A DNA stretch of 64,000 nucleotides from Azolla caroliniana (GCA_043228905.1 JBHGNT010000012.1:16368001-16432000); one strand, 5' to 3'. Positions 40,165 through 52,300 are shown, numbered from the stretch's first letter. A program made the numbers and translations. The notes: a model not told the origin generated them from the sequence alone.

Positions 40165-40178
40165 GCGCTCTGATACCA
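40165..40178 (-). promoter_or_regulatory. PBS for initiator tRNA-Met
   Basis: TGGTATCAGAGC directly follows the LTR end ...TTACA. Confidence 0.92.
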
Positions 40179-40628
40179 TGTAAGAACGAAGGTGCAGAAG
40201 CGTTAGACAACTGGCTTAGCCGGATAGCAACAGAGAGAGAGAGAGATTAACACACAGAAGGTACGCAAGAGAGACAGAAAAAGAGCAGAACAACTTAAAT
40301 CTATTATCAACAACTCTGTAAAATTCTCTATACATACAACGTGCTCAACAACACTATTTATACAAGTCCTAAGAGGACTGACAGAGGTACAGTGTACTTC
40401 AATGCTCACACGAGCGTCTAACACTAACTACGAGACATTAACTACCTAGTAGTCTAGGCTAACCAGCCCCCTAGCTCACCGGCTCACCGATCCGGCTCAT
40501 CCTTCAGGATGCCGGTCCAACTCAGGCTTATTCAGCCAATCCGGATCTGGTTGAGCTTGCCGCTCATCACTCCCGCTCAAGATCAACTTGAGGTCGGATC
40601 ATAGTGTCAATCTCCATGGCAGCCGGTC

Positions 40629-40993
40629 TGGGTTGGTCGCCTCTTCTTTGAGGAAAGCCCGTGTGCTTGCCGGCAAAGGCTCTATTGTGTGTGTGCATGA
40701 GTGTGTGATTGTCTGGGTTGGGTCGATCGCTGGCTATCTAGTTGTAACCTTTACTGTTATTGGAATCGGATCTCTTGTTTCTCTCTCTGTGTGTTTTTGT
40801 GAGTCTCTCTTTTACGTGGGTGTGCATCTTGTTCAGATACGCATTAGTGGTTCATTCCGCCGACAAACGTTGTCTATTGCAAACGGGCCTAACCGGCCCT
40901 ACGCTTGCGCTCTTCTCCCGCTCCGCCTTCTTCTCTCTCCTGCTCATCGGTTTAGGGCCCCTGCAGTCCCGCCTTCTTTCCTACGCGAAAGCG
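40629..40993 (+). repeat. Second copy of the distal part of the 34596-35308 Gypsy LTR
   Basis: Aligns with about 34942-35308 and ends at the same CTACGCGAAAGC junction. Confidence 0.85.
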
Positions 40994-41043
40994 TCTAAGA
41001 ACGAAGGTGCGCAAGCGTTAGACAACCGGCTTAGCCAGATAGC

Positions 41044-41078
<35 letters not shown>

Positions 41079-42838
41079 ACACAAAGAAGGTACCCATGAG
41101 AAACAGAGAAAGATCAAAACAACTTAAATATATTATCAACAACTCTGTAAAATTCTTTGTACATACAACGTACTCAACAACACTATTTATACAAGTCTTA
41201 AGAGGACTGACAGAGGTACAGTGTACTTCAATGCTCACACCATCGTTTGACACTAACTATGAGGCATTAATTACCTAGTAGTCTAGGCTGCTACTAGGCT
41301 TCCGGTTACTGCTTGATCCGGCTAACTGGCCCCCAGCTCGCCGGCTCACCGATCCAGCTCATCCTTCCGAATGTCGATTCGGCTCAGGCTTATTCAGCCG
41401 ATCCGGATCCGTTTGAGCTTGTTCCTCAACACTCCCCCTCAAGCTCAACTTGAGGTCAGATCGTAGTGTCAGTCTCCATGGCAGTCGTTCCTTCCACCCG
41501 GCTTCTTTTGGCGTCACTCAGCCTCGCTCACACTCCTTGTCCATTCCAGTCCCGTTTGCTGCGACCCTTCTGATTTTGCACACCTCGACCTCCTTGGTCG
41601 GTTTGTCAGCTCAACAGACCCAATTCAGCTCACTCTATGTTGTGACTTCGACGCTTGCCGATTCGCCAATTCCTTCGTGTTGGCGTCGACTTTCGCTACC
41701 TCCTCATCCTCTTGGCCTTGAATTGATCCGGTTCTTCCGAATTCGTCTATTGAACCGAATCGGCTATCTCTGATTTGTTCCAACTCTTGTCTGAATTGGT
41801 CGCTCCCGATTCGTCTTCCGGTTCCATGCCCTTCACCACATCGAACCATGTCTGGGTCTTGGCCTTCTTCTTCCGGTCGGCTCTATCCTTCTTCACTCTA
41901 CCGTCGTTGCAGCTTCTTCCGACTTGTTCGGATGTGTCGACTTCCTTTGTTGACTCAACTTCTTTCTTCTTCTTGTCTCTCCCTTTGTCGGTTCTTCCCT
42001 CACCGGTGCAATCAGCAGTTTCTTTGCCTTTGCCCGTTCCGGTGTCATTGCCCGTTGTCCCCCTCAAGTGTGGCACATCGAGATGTTGAACACCAAGCAT
42101 TTCGGTGAAGTGCTGCAACTTGTCCGATCCGAGCGGTGTCGTGAAGAAAACCGTCCCCAGGCGCAAACCGTGTATAGCGTGTGTGAACCGGCCCTTACAC
42201 GTGGGCACACCCCTTGTTGTATAGTAGATAGGTAGGCACAAAAGTCGAATCCTAGGTAGCAATATTCTATAGAGAGAATTAATGTGATGTTAACGAGTGA
42301 AACGGCCTCCCTCCTTGAGCTATAAAAGGGAGGGAGACGGGGAGGGAAAGTATCGCACGCTAGAGGGGACGAAGTGCTGACGGACTGAGACCGAGCTTTT
42401 CTTCTCTGTCGTTCTCCATAGCTTTCTTTTGCACAGGTTCTCGAGAGGTTGATTCTGCTCCGTGGAACGCCTGTGTGTTTCCGGCAGAATCTCCATCTTG
42501 CTCCCCTGTGTGTGTGGGTGATCAGGCGTCGGCATCCATCTCGCCGAACTAATCGGCTGTAACCGTTCGAGTCGTCTAAATACATACATATATTTATATA
42601 CATACACTAGTGTTCTTATACTCTATCTCCTGCTCAACTCGTGTCTCCTATGTTGTTGGATCGCGTCCCCGTGCGCTTCTTTGTCTATACATGTGTGAGC
42701 GTCTCTCTCTCTCCCTCCCTTTTCTCACCTATTCCTCGGTCTAAGACCCCAGTGGTCCCGCCTTGTTCTCCACGCACGCGCTTAACAACGCGACATCTTT
42801 GGTGAACTCGACGTGAACAGGCGACGGAGGAGTAGAAG

Positions 42839-44965
42839 ATGAGGGGGTCGGACCTCGCAGAAGCCATGGCTTCGGCTGTGGACCGTATAGTGAGTGCGCG
42901 CGAAGGCACCGACGCCCTTGATAGGGCTATCGAGGCGGTTGTCGGTACGATCAGCTGGTTTAGTGGGAAGGATGCCACGAGCTACTTGGCGTCCTACCGG
43001 GCTGAGATGGTAATGAGGGACATTCTGGAAGAGAGGCATCTAGTCGGATTCCCTCGAGTGGCGATGTCGGGCATCCATACGGAGGTGCTCGAGGTACGGG
43101 CCAAGAGCCGGACCTGGGAGGAGTTCGAAGGTCAGCTCCTTGAAAAATACGGGCTTGAAGATGCGCTTCGACTTTCGAAGCGGGACTTCATGGAGTGGGT
43201 GGAGACCCCCGACAAAGGAAGGAACGCGTCGGTGCTCCTCCGGGAGTTTGAGGAACGCTTCCCGCGCCTCTAGGTGCTTGACCGGATCATTCTGGACACA
43301 AGTCATATCCTATTGTTTGTTAAGTCAGTTGACGAGCGGGATCGGGAGCAAGTAGGCCTCCTATTGGAGACTGATGACGGGCTGACGGCCGACTGGGCCG
43401 TGGTGAAGAGGGTCTGTGGCCATTTCGACAAACGGCGGGAATGGGTTGACAAAGGATCGATAGGGGCGGGCTCTGTCGCAGCAAGGAAGCTCGAGCCAAC
43501 ACCACCAACGCGAAGGGAAGAGACCCGAGATTGGCTCGAGACCGGATCGGCTTCGACCGGCATGGTCAAGGGTTCGACCGGGGGAGCAACTCTGGAGGAA
43601 CTGACGCGGATGGTAAAAGATCTCCAGATCACCCAGGCACGGAGGGATGGTGGCGAACAGGCCCATGACCAACGACCTCTGGCTGAAAACAGGTGCATGT
43701 GGTGTGACGCGGTTGGCCACATCCGGAAGGACTGCGGGGACTTCGCCGAGGCGATGAGAAGCAACGTGTTGTACCTGTGGAACGGTCGGGTGCACGCTAG
43801 CGAGACCCGAAGGGCCCTAAACCTAAACGTTGGGCAAGGGGGTATGAAAAGGTTGATGGAGGAGGCGGCGGCTCGTCCCGCGGAGACCGTCCACTACTCG
43901 GCGTCAGCTGGTATTCGGGTCGGAGGTGGCGAGGCCCCGAAGACGAACAAAGTCGGGTTCTGGCCAACAATGCTAGAAGGCCTCGCCGGCGCACGACTAG
44001 GGAAAGAAGAGGCGGACCGCGCGGAAAAACGGGTCCGGGAGGTAATCGGGTGGAGTGACCCGGTGGAAGAAAAGACGGGCTTCGTCGAAGCCGCTTGTCA
44101 AAACTACGAGGCTCTGGTGGAGGACAAGCGGGTAGGAAAAAACGGAGGGGCCGGGCCCTCGCAACGATATGAAACTCGATTCGGGCAAAGGCGGAATGAG
44201 GCCAGTGTAACCGGCGCCCAGGATAATCCCAAGAGGGGCGGGTACCGATTGGGCACAGAAATCGAAAGATCCACGGACTTGCGAAAGGTCCTGGAAGAAC
44301 GAATCCTCGACAGCAAGGTGGATCTGTCGCTAAGGGAAGTGCTCGGGATCGCCAAGAAAGAGTTCCACGACTCCATCGTAGACTTGGTGAAGAGGAAGAG
44401 GTTGTCAACGGAGACAGAACCGGAGGAGCCGGTGGAGGTGCGGACGACACACATAGAGGACATGGCGCTGGAAGATGAGCGGGCGGAGAGCCACTATTCG
44501 AGGCCACACTAGGCCAGAGCGACCACGGAGACCCCCGTGAAGATCGGAGATGTTCATGAACCGGTGGTGGCGTTGGTGGACCACGGTTCAGAAATCAATT
44601 TGATTTCCATGTACTTCTACAAGAAGGGGAAATGGCCGATCAACAACAAGCACGAGTGGAAAATATGGGCAGCGACGCGTGCCACCGAAGAACTGCATGG
44701 AGCCTGCCCGAATGTACGAGTAAAGATTGGTGATGTCGAGATTGACCAGCACTTCTTCATGCAGGAGACGTCCTCACATCCGGTTATACTAGGAGAACCG
44801 TACATCACGGTAGCACGGATGGAGACCAAGGTGTTGGACAACGGCTCAGCCTATGCAAAGGTCAAGAGCCAGGATGGGCATCACTCGGTTCAGTTCCTGA
44901 CGGTGAGACCGAACCATGAGCGGAACCGCGAGACCCTTGGGGGCGAAAGCCGAGAGGATTTTTAG
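42839..44965 (+). pseudogene. gag-protease reading frame (two premature TAG stops)
   Basis: ORFs 42839..43273, 43274..44512 and 44537..44965 share one frame; CMWCDAVGHIRKDC knuckle; ALVDHGSEINL and VILGEP protease motifs. Confidence 0.9.
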
Positions 44966-45021
44966 AGAGGGTTATCAAGGCGTGGGGCCGCGATAGTCCG
45001 GACACTCCAGGAAACCCCCAC
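44956..45021 (+). promoter_or_regulatory. Putative -1 ribosomal frameshift signal (G_GAU_UUU plus H-type pseudoknot)
   Basis: Slippery heptamer 44956-44962, 6-nt spacer, stem GGGTTATC/GATAGTCC, and loop GTGGGG complementary to CCCCAC. Conserved in three copies. Confidence 0.75.
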
Positions 45022-48000
45022 AAGTGTACGATAGCGAAGAAGACATGTACTATAAGTAGGAAATTTTGGTTCTCCGACAAGGGAGGGTGTACGATAATCG
45101 ACGTCGTTGGCTGGAGGAAGAAAAGGGCGGAGGAGTGACTTCGGGCATATGGTATCCTCGGCCCTGGAGAGAAAATCAGCGGAGCCGTGGAGGTAGTCTC
45201 TTTCGACGATACCTTGGGGGAGCTGCGAGAGGTAATCAGAGGAGTCCTTAAAGAGGACCGGACGATTCCGGTATGTTTGGAAAGGATGTACGAAGTCATC
45301 GCGGACTTCAGTAGAGGGCTCGAGTCGGATCAGACAGCTTGGGTGGACACGAGGTACAAGACTGTGGACCAGAAGGTGAGGCCAGTCGCAGCTCCCTTGC
45401 CAGAGGGCAGCGAGTTGCGAATAAAGGGGGTTGCGTCGGACCCGAGTTTACGAAATCCGGCCCGCATAGGACACACGTTCACCGACGTAACGTTACATGA
45501 GCTCAAAATTGGTGAGGGCGGCTTCCTACGGCTGGCGGAAGAGGACCGTTTTCGGGGAATGCTCGGAAGGCACGGGAAGGCTTTCGCATTCTCACCGAAG
45601 GAGATCAGGTGCGTAGACCCGACAGTCGTGGAACCAATGGTGATATTCACGGTACCGCACGTGTCGTGGAGTCTCAAACCGATTCCAGTACCCAGAGCTC
45701 ACATCCCGAAGCTGATGGAGCTGTTAAAGCAGAAGGTCGAGATGGGCATCCTCGAACCGTCAAGTGCCCCATACTCGAATCGGTGGTTTACCGTGCCGAA
45801 GAAGAACGGCACGCTGCGCTTTATTCAAGACCTGCAGCCAGTCAACAAGGTGACCATTCGAAACGCAGGAATCGGACCGACAATAGACGAGTTCGCAGAG
45901 GCCTTCGTCGGAAGGTCGATTTACTCGGTCGGTGATCTCTACTCAGGGTACGATCAGTTCCATCTAACCATAGAGACCAAGACATCACGACAATGCGAAC
46001 TCCTCTCGGCCTAGTACGGATGTGTACCCTACCGCAAGGAGGGACGAACTCGGTGGCTCACATGGTGAACGCAATGAACAAGGTGCTGAGGGATTGTATC
46101 CCGGACATCACCATGCCATTTTTGGACGACGTCCCGATCAAGGGATGCCCAGTGGAGGAAAAGGACGAGACGATCGGATCGGATGGGTGCCGGAAATTCG
46201 TGGCGGCGCACATCGACAACTGTGAGAAGCTGCTGCAGAGGTTAGAGGGCGCGAGGCTCACCTTCTCCGGGGAAAACTCGGCCTTCGGGCAATCAGAGAT
46301 CATGGTCGTCGGACACCTATGCGGGTCGTACGGCCGGAAACCGTCTCTGGCTAAGGTAGAAGCCATCTCCGCGATGAAGCACGACTTTAGCTCGGTCACG
46401 GAGGTTCAGAGGTTCTTGGGAGCATGCGCGTTCTACCACATATGGATCCCGCATTACGCCCACGTCGTGGAGCCGTTATACGGGCTGCTGAAAAAGGGGC
46501 GAAAAATTGAGTGGAGAGACGAGCATACGAAGTCTGTCCGAAAGATTAAGGAAGCACTCGCCGCAGCTCCGGCGCTCCAAAAGGCTGTCTACAGAAATGA
46601 CACTCCAATTTACATAACGGTAGACACGAGTCCGACGGGGATCGGATGGGTCGTCAACCAAGAGGACGAGGACGGCATGCGTTTCCCGATCCGGTTCGGC
46701 GCGAAGGTCCTCAGCGAGCGACAACGAGGATACGCCCAGGTTAAACGTGAGCTTCGGGGTATCATTTCGGCGGTAAAGGCCGATAAAGACTACCTGATCG
46801 GGACAGAGGTAATTATCGAGACAGACTGCCTGCCAATTCTTGGCATGGTTTCCGGATGCGCGATGCCGAACTGGCAATGCTCAGGTGGATAGCGTACATC
46901 AAGTCCCTGAATCCGGAAGTATGACACATTTCCGGGAACCATGGCCGACATGCTTTCAAGGGCGAGGTTCGAAAACGAGGGCGGCATGGTTTCGGAGGAC
47001 GAGGAAGTCGGCGTGGACTTCTTCGAGACGGCTTACGTAACAACCGGCAGGGAATGCACTCCAACGCTTAACGATTTCGACGAGAGCAAGTACAACGGGG
47101 AGTGGCTGCAGATCGGCGGGTTCCTGAAAACAATGACACCGGACGCGGCATGGACAAAGGATGAGGCCAACCAGATTCGGAAGAAAGCATACCGATTCCT
47201 TCTCCGGGACGGGTACATATGGAAGCACCCGAAGAAGAGGAACGACATACCGCTCCGAGTGGTGGCGAAGAAGGAGGAACAGGAGGATTTGCTGGCGGCG
47301 TACCACGATAGTCCTTGGGCTGGACACCGTGGAACGTGGGCCACATTCGAAAAGCTGAAGGGGAAGTACTGGTGGCCGGGACTATACCGGGACGTGCATC
47401 GGTTCGTGACAACTTGCGAAAGCTGTCAGGTGCACTCCATGATCCGACACCGGGACGAGCTTCACCCAACCTACCCTTCGACCGTCCACTTCAAGTGGAT
47501 GGTGGATTTGGTGACGATGCCAATGGGGGTAGGACAGATGCGGTATCTGGTGCTGGCTCGGGAGGATCTAACGAACCAGGTTAAAGGCCGAGCCCTACGG
47601 AACAAGACGACTGCAGCCGTGTGCCGGTTTTTGATTGAGGATGTGGTATGTCGATATGGGTGCGTAGGGAAGATCGTGGCTAACCGTGGTGAGTTGGACG
47701 CAGAAGGGGCCGAGGAGCTGTTCGACCGGCTAGGAGTCAAACTTTCGCTCACCACAACGTACAATCCGGAGGCGAACGGGAAGGTAGAGCGCGGACACAT
47801 GCCGATTGTCAAAGCGCTAGTACGGGCGTGCGGAGGCCAAGTCAGGAACTGGCCACGGCTGCTACCTTATGCCTTGTGGGCGGACCGGACTACGCACAGT
47901 TCGGTAACCGGGTTCATGCTGGCAGAGCTTATGTTCGGACAGAAGCCGATCATGCCAATAGAGCGAACGATCTCCTCGTGGGCCACGATGGACTGGAGGG

Positions 48001-48440
48001 ATGAGATGAGCCGGGAGGAACTGTTGGCAGCGCGGATTCGACAGCTCGAGCGGAGGCCGGAGGACGTAGAGCGAGCCGCGAAGAAACTTCAGGTAGCGAG
48101 GATAAGGAACAAAGCCCGGTTCAACCGAACGCACCGGCTCCGGCCAAGGAAGATCGAGGAAGGCGATTGGGTGCTAGTCTATGACAGCAGCCTCGACAAT
48201 CAGCACAGGGCCACGCGGAAGTTTGCGAGGAGGTGGTTTGGGCCGTACGTAGTAACAGACGCCAACGACAATGGGACGTACCATCTCGCGAAGCTCGACG
48301 GTACGAGAATGGCGATACCGGTAGTGGGGAAGAGGATCAAAGCGTTCAAGAAACGACATGACGGTGAGCCGGGGCTAGGGGGCATGGACAGCAACGACGA
48401 GCAGCCTGAGGCAGAGGACGAACCGGTAAACGAAGAATAA
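44956..48440 (+). pseudogene. pol (RT-RNase H-integrase), entered in the -1 frame
   Basis: ORFs 45187..46014, 45993..46892 (LPQG, FLDD, TVDTS) and 46941..48440 (HHCC, core domain, GPY motif). Confidence 0.9.
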
Positions 48441-49339
48441 AAGCAAGGACCGGTTTTCTCCAGTAGGAACCCAATTTTGGCGCATACCGGCGGATGCGCG
48501 GTTAGGTGGGGGCGGATGTCGTGAAGAAAACCGTCCCCAGGCACAAACCATGTATAGCGTGTGTGAACCGGCCCTTACACGTGGGCACACCCCTTGTTGT
48601 ATAGTAGATAGGTAGGCACAAAAGTCGAATCCTAGGTAGCAATATTCTATAGAGAGAATTAATGTGATGTTAACGGGTGAAACGGCCTCCCTCCTTGAGC
48701 TATAAAAGGGAGGGAAACGGGGAGGGAAAGTATCGCGCGCTAGAGGGGACGAAGTGCTAACGGACTGAGACCGAGCTCTTCTTCTCTGTCGTTCTCCATA
48801 GCTTTCTTTTGCACAGGTTCTCGAGAGGCTGATTCTGCTCCGTGGAACGCCCGTGTGCTTCCGACAGAATCTCCATCTTGCTCCCCTGTGTGCGTGGGCG
48901 ATCAGGCGTCGGCATCCATCTCGCCGACCTGATCGGTTGTAACCGTTCGAGTCGTCTCAATACATACATATATTTATATACATACACTAGTGTTCTTATA
49001 CTCTATCTCCTGCTCAACTCGTGTCTCCTGTGTTGTTGGGCCGCGTCCCCGTGCACTTCTTTGTTTATACGTGTGTGAGCGCCTCTCTCTCTCTCTCCCT
49101 TTTCTCACCTATTCCTCGGTCTAAGACCCTAGTGGTCCCGCCTTGTTCTCCATGCACGCGCGTAACAACGCGACAGCGGTTTGGTGAAGATGTCGGCAAC
49201 TTGCCGATCCGTATGAACATACCAAAGTTCGACTTCACCGCTCAGGACACGCTCACGGACGAAGTGGTAGTGCACTTCTGTGTGCTTTGTGCAAGCATGG
49301 AATACGGGGTTCTTGGTGAGTTGCATGCTATTTAACAAA

Positions 49340-52300
49340 GCGGAACAACACGACATTATTTGGTGAACCCGACATGAAGCAAGGTGGCAGAGGAGTCAAA
49401 GATGAGGGGATCGGAGCTCGCCGAAGCCATGGCGGCAGCAGTCGATCGGATAGTAAGTGCTCGCAAGGGCACAAGCGCCCTCGACAGGGCCATTGAAGCA
49501 ATTGTTGGCACAATAGGTCGGTTCGGTGGGAAGAACGCCACGAGCTATTTGGAGTCCTACCGAGCCGAGATGGTGATGAGGGACATTCCGGAAGACAGGC
49601 AGCTGGCCGGATTCCCTCGAGTGGCAACACCGGGCATTCACGCGGAGGTGCTCAAGGTGCAGGCCAGATGTCGGACCTGGGAAGAGTTCGAGGGGCAGCT
49701 CCTCGAAAGGTACGGGCTCAATGACGTGCTTCGGCTATCAAAGCGAGATTTCATGGATTGGGTGAGGACCCCCGGAAAGGAGAGGAATGCGTCGTTGCTT
49801 CTCCGGGAGTTGGAGGAACACTTCACACGGCTCTCAGAACTGGACAGAGCCATGCTGGAGACGAGTCGTGTCTTGTTGTTTGTCAAAGCCGTGGACGCAC
49901 GGGATCAAGACCAGGTGGGTCTCCTGCTGGAGACGGGCTGACAGCCGATTGGGCTGTGGTGAAGAGAGTCTACGGCCACTTTGACAAACAGCGTGAGTGG
50001 GGCGACGAGTGATCGTCGGCAGCGAGACCCATCCGAGCAAGGAAGTTTGCTGAGCCTTCGCTGGCACGAAAGGAGGAAACCCGGGATTGGCTCGAGACGG
50101 GCTCAACCTCGACAGGTGTGGTCAAGGGCTCATCTAGAGGAGCGGCTCTGGAAGAGCTGACACAGATGGTGCGCGATCTCCAGATCGCACAGGCCCAGAG
50201 AGACAATGCCGAACAGTCTCGCGACTGGAGGCCTCCGGCTGGGCAGCAGTGCATGTGGTGTGACACGGTCGGCCACGCCCGGAAAGAGTGCGCAGATTTG
50301 GCAAACGCACTCAGAAGCAATGTGGTGTACCTGTGGAAAGGGCGGGTGCACACCGGTGATACCTGGAGACCCCTAGAGACGAATTTTGAGCGCAACGGAA
50401 TGAAGACGTTGATGGATGGAAGAAGCAGCGACGCGCCATACAAATGTCGTCCACTATTCGGCGTCGGCTAGAATCCGGGTCGGAAGTGACGAAGGACGAA
50501 AGATGAAAGATTCCGGATTCTGGCCGTCGGTGATAGAAGGCCTCCCCGGCGTACGACTGAGGAAGGAAGACCTGGACCGTGTGGAGAAGTGGATCCGAGA
50601 GGTTACCGGATTGGACAACCCGGTAGAGGAGAAGACCGGCTTGGGTGGAAGTCGTGTGCTAGAACTAGGAAGCTCTGGTGGATGATAAGAGGGCGGGGAA
50701 GGCCGGTGGGACCACAGCCCCGAATCGGTACGAGACCCAGTTCGGGCCGAAGAGGAATGAAGCCGACAATCCCGGCATGGTAGACAATGCAAGGTTGACC
50801 AATTACTGACTGGGCACCGAAATCGAGAGGACAACGGACCTACAGAAGGTCCTTGAGGAGCAGATTCTCAACAGTAAGGGGGAGTTGTCGCTGAGGGAGG
50901 TGTTTGGAATCGCCAAGAAGGAGTTCCACGATTCCATCGTGGACTTGGTGAAGCGTAACCGGCTCTCGATGGAGCCAGAGCCAGAGCCGGAAAAGCTGGT
51001 GGAGGTGCAAATAACACACCTGGAGGACGCGGCCCTGGAAGACGAGTTGGTAGAGAGCCACTATTTGAAGTTACACTGGGCAAGGGCTACTTCGGAAAAC
51101 CCTGTTCGGGTCAGGAATGTCCAGGAGCCGATAGTGGCGTTGATCGACCACGAGTCAGATATCAACCTGATGTCTATGGACTTCTATAAGACAGGGAAGT
51201 GGCCGATCAACACCAAGCACGGGTGGAAGATACGCGCGGCTACACGAGCCACGGAGGAGTTGCACGGGGCATGCCCGAATGTACGTGTGAAAATCGGCGA
51301 TGTCAAGATTGATACCCGGCGAACTATACATTACGATGGCCCGCATGGAGACAAAGGTGTTGGATAACGGTTCGGCATACGCACGCGTGAAAAGCCAAGA
51401 CGGACGACACTCTGTCCAATTTTTGACAGTGCGACCGAACCATGAGCGTAACCGTGAGACCCTTAGCAGCAACAGTCGAGGGGATTTTTAGAGAGGGCTA
51501 TCAAGGCGTGGGGCCGTGATAGTCCGGACACTTCGGCAGAACTCCACAAGTGTACTATAGGTAGGAAGTTTTGGGCCTCCGACAACGGAGGTTGTACGAT
51601 AGCCGGCATCGGTGGCCGAGAGAAGAAGAGGGCTGAGGAACGTTTCAGAGAGTGCAGAGTCCTCCGCCCCGACGAAGAAATTAGCAGTGCCATGGAGGCA
51701 GTCTCTTTCGACGACACCTTGGGGGAAATGGGAAAAGTGATCGATGAAGGCCTCAGTGAAGACTGAGCGATTCCGGTCAACTCAATGGAGATGTACGAAG
51801 TCATTGCCGACATTGGGGAAAGGGTCAGGTCGGATCGGACGACCTGTGTAGATACAAAATACAAGATTGTGGACCGGAAGGTGAGGCCAGTCGCGGCTCC
51901 CTTGCCGGAGGGTAGCGGGGAGCGAAGAAAGTGGGTCGCTTTGGACCCAAGTCTACAGAATCCGGCCGGCATAGGACACCGGTTCACCGACATAACGCTA
52001 TGGGAGCTCAAGGTCGGTGGGGGTGGCTTCCTATTACCGGCGGAGGAGGAGAGGTTTTGGAGAATGCTCGGAATGCATGGGAAGACCTTCGCATTCGCGC
52101 CAGGGGAGATCAGGTGCGTAGACCCGACGATCGTGGAACCAATGGTGATCTTCGCGGTACTGCATATGCTATGGAATCTCAAGCCAATTCCGGCACCCAG
52201 AGCTCACATCCTGAAGTTGATGGAGCTATTGAAGCAGAAGGTGGAGATGGGCATCCTCGAGCCATCAAGTGCCCCATATTCGAATCGGTGGTTTATCGTG

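Larger units (their letters stand above)
35309..40628 (-). mobile_element. Ty1/Copia (Bryco-like), with most of RT-RNase H replaced by a foreign fragment
   Basis: LTRs 40179-40569 and 35309-35666; PBS TGGTATCAGAGCG 40165-40178; PPT GCTTGAGGGGGAG 35667-35679; gag (CWYCGKKSHKESEC), PR (WYVDSG), GAG-pre-integrase/INT (38320..39009) and RT start (37099..37632). Confidence 0.92.
42137..49175 (+). mobile_element. Near-complete Trp-primed Ty3/Gypsy (Phygy-like), 4-bp TSD GCGG
   Basis: 659-bp LTRs 42137-42795 and 48517-49175 (TGTCG...CGACA; about 28 differences by eye, mostly transitions); PBS 42800-42817; PPT about 48500-48516; GCGG on both sides. Confidence 0.96.
40994..49335 (-). mobile_element. 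Copia 3' fragment (RNase H, extension, PPT, LTR 40994-41431), split by a Gypsy insertion
   Basis: KHTEVHYHFVRE...ADIFTKP (49176-49335) continues as LGSDKLQHF...LRG (from 42136 downward). The LTR matches 35309-35666. Confidence 0.9.

Noticed and set aside
43271-44512. Programmed stop read-through at in-frame TAGs in gag (43271, 44510)
   Set aside because: Other copies have sense codons (TTG/CTG, TGG) at these positions, so these are decay mutations.
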